In this document: positions 63,643-64,000 of the stretch, piece after piece | How positions within the stretch are numbered: the stretch's first letter is position 1 | How the letters are laid out: the number at the start of each line of letters is the position of its first letter | The notes under the pieces: model-generated | What the model was told of the DNA's origin: nothing | The model's input: only the letters and a program-made list of their open reading frames with translations | Database searches by the model: none | Origin: Patescibacteria group bacterium | GTDB taxonomy: Bacteria; Patescibacteriota; Minisyncoccia; Phycocordibacterales; Phycocordibacteraceae | Direction of reading: 5' to 3' | DNA: 64,000 bases | Assembly (NCBI GenBank): GCA_040388985.1 | Contig: JAZKAU010000002.1 | Span: forward strand, 183,642 to 247,641 | Translations under genes and position numbers: made by a program

Positions 63643-64000
63643 TTACTGACGTTTGCCGCGCATCGCTCTTTCTATCTCGCGCTGCGCATCCTTCTTCTTC
63701 AAAGTCTCGCGCTTGTCGGACTTATTCTTGCCGCGCACGATAGCGACGCGCACTTTCAGGTACCTGCCTGCATTATACACCTCAATTGGCACTATTGTCA
63801 ATCCTTTCTTCGACTCCTCGTCGGCGAGTTCCGCGATTTCCGACTTCTTGAGGAGGAGGCGGCGCGCGCGTTCAGGGTCATATCCGGCTGGTGTATTTCC
63901 GGCCTGGTAGGGAGGTATGCTCATGCCGACCACGAAGGCCTCGCCGCCGCGGATGATGATGCGCGCGCCGTCGAGCTTTCCCTGCTTAGCTCGGACGGCT
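63643..64000 (-). CDS. smpB: SsrA-binding protein SmpB (partial, continues beyond window)
   Basis: C-terminal KGLTIVPIEVYNAGRYLKVRVAIVRGKNKSDKRETLKKKDAQREIERAMR with a basic tail; the reading frame is open to the window edge. Confidence 0.85.
   Translation of the reverse strand, partial: AVRAKQGKLDGARIIIRGGEAFVVGMSIPPYQAGNTPAGYDPERARRLLLKKSEIAELADEESKKGLTIVPIEVYNAGRYLKVRVAIVRGKNKSDKRETLKKKDAQREIERAMRGKRQ

Noticed and set aside
1-64000. CRISPR arrays, IS elements/transposases, integrases, rRNA genes
   Set aside because: No short regularly spaced direct repeats, no DDE or tyrosine-recombinase motifs and no rRNA-like conserved stretches were seen by eye. Their absence was not computationally verified.

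Overview
This is a 64-kb window from a roughly 58% GC bacterium with Candidate Phyla Radiation (CPR)/Patescibacteria-like traits. rpmD (L30) is absent between rpsE and rplO, several ribosomal proteins carry low-complexity N-terminal extensions, and pilin and DKNYY-repeat proteins are present. No searches or computations were run; every call rests on motifs read by eye.

The backbone is a near-complete str/S10/spc ribosomal-protein region. It runs rpsL-rpsG, then fusA, tuf, rpsJ, rplCDWB, rpsS through rplE, rpsN through rplO, and on to secY-gmk-adk-map-ndk. This cluster is unusually fragmented by accessory insertions, each bounded by its own palindromic terminator and promoter. The inserts are a NUDIX hydrolase, a 2OG-Fe(II) oxygenase and a DUF3298-like protein between rplB and rpsS, a C39-like peptidase with pyrE-pyrF between rplE and rpsN, a hypothetical gene between rpsJ and rplC, and multi-gene inserts on either side of fusA.

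Other genes include rpmB, an M50 protease, a roughly 1190-aa secreted LCAT-like lipase and a second C39-like peptidase co-transcribed with def. There are also a beta-helix protein, an M15 peptidase and an NlpC/P60 hydrolase, an RNase J-like enzyme, and infC-rpmI-rplT. Further on lie a MarR/fasciclin/CcdA/TlpA redox cluster and a MarR-regulated EmrAB-like efflux operon. Three TrmB-like regulators occur, and a low-GC region at the 3' end carries TauD-like and cupin genes.

The best candidate novel system is a radical-SAM enzyme (7068-8021) followed by three tandem paralogous 29-aa Arg-rich peptide genes (8049-8381). Each has its own Shine-Dalgarno and they end in a terminator, an arrangement that resembles a RiPP biosynthetic cluster. 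A TrmB-like regulator is divergent from it and a C39-like peptidase lies 1.5 kb upstream.

A tmRNA (ssrA, minus strand, 63161-63587) sits next to a partial smpB. Its 5' end GGGGGTGACCGGCTTTGACGG matches the tmRNA consensus, and its acceptor stem carries the G3·U wobble. Immediately downstream of the tmRNA 3' end is a low-GC mosaic (about 59.2-63.1 kb) that contains a 13-nt duplicate of the tmRNA 3' end, a family of intergenic repeats encoding a conserved mini-ORF MSTRKP, a recurring TTAGAAC motif and a shared terminator family. This looks like decayed integrative-element remnants at ssrA. No CRISPR array, rRNA, tRNA, transposase or integrase was recognised.
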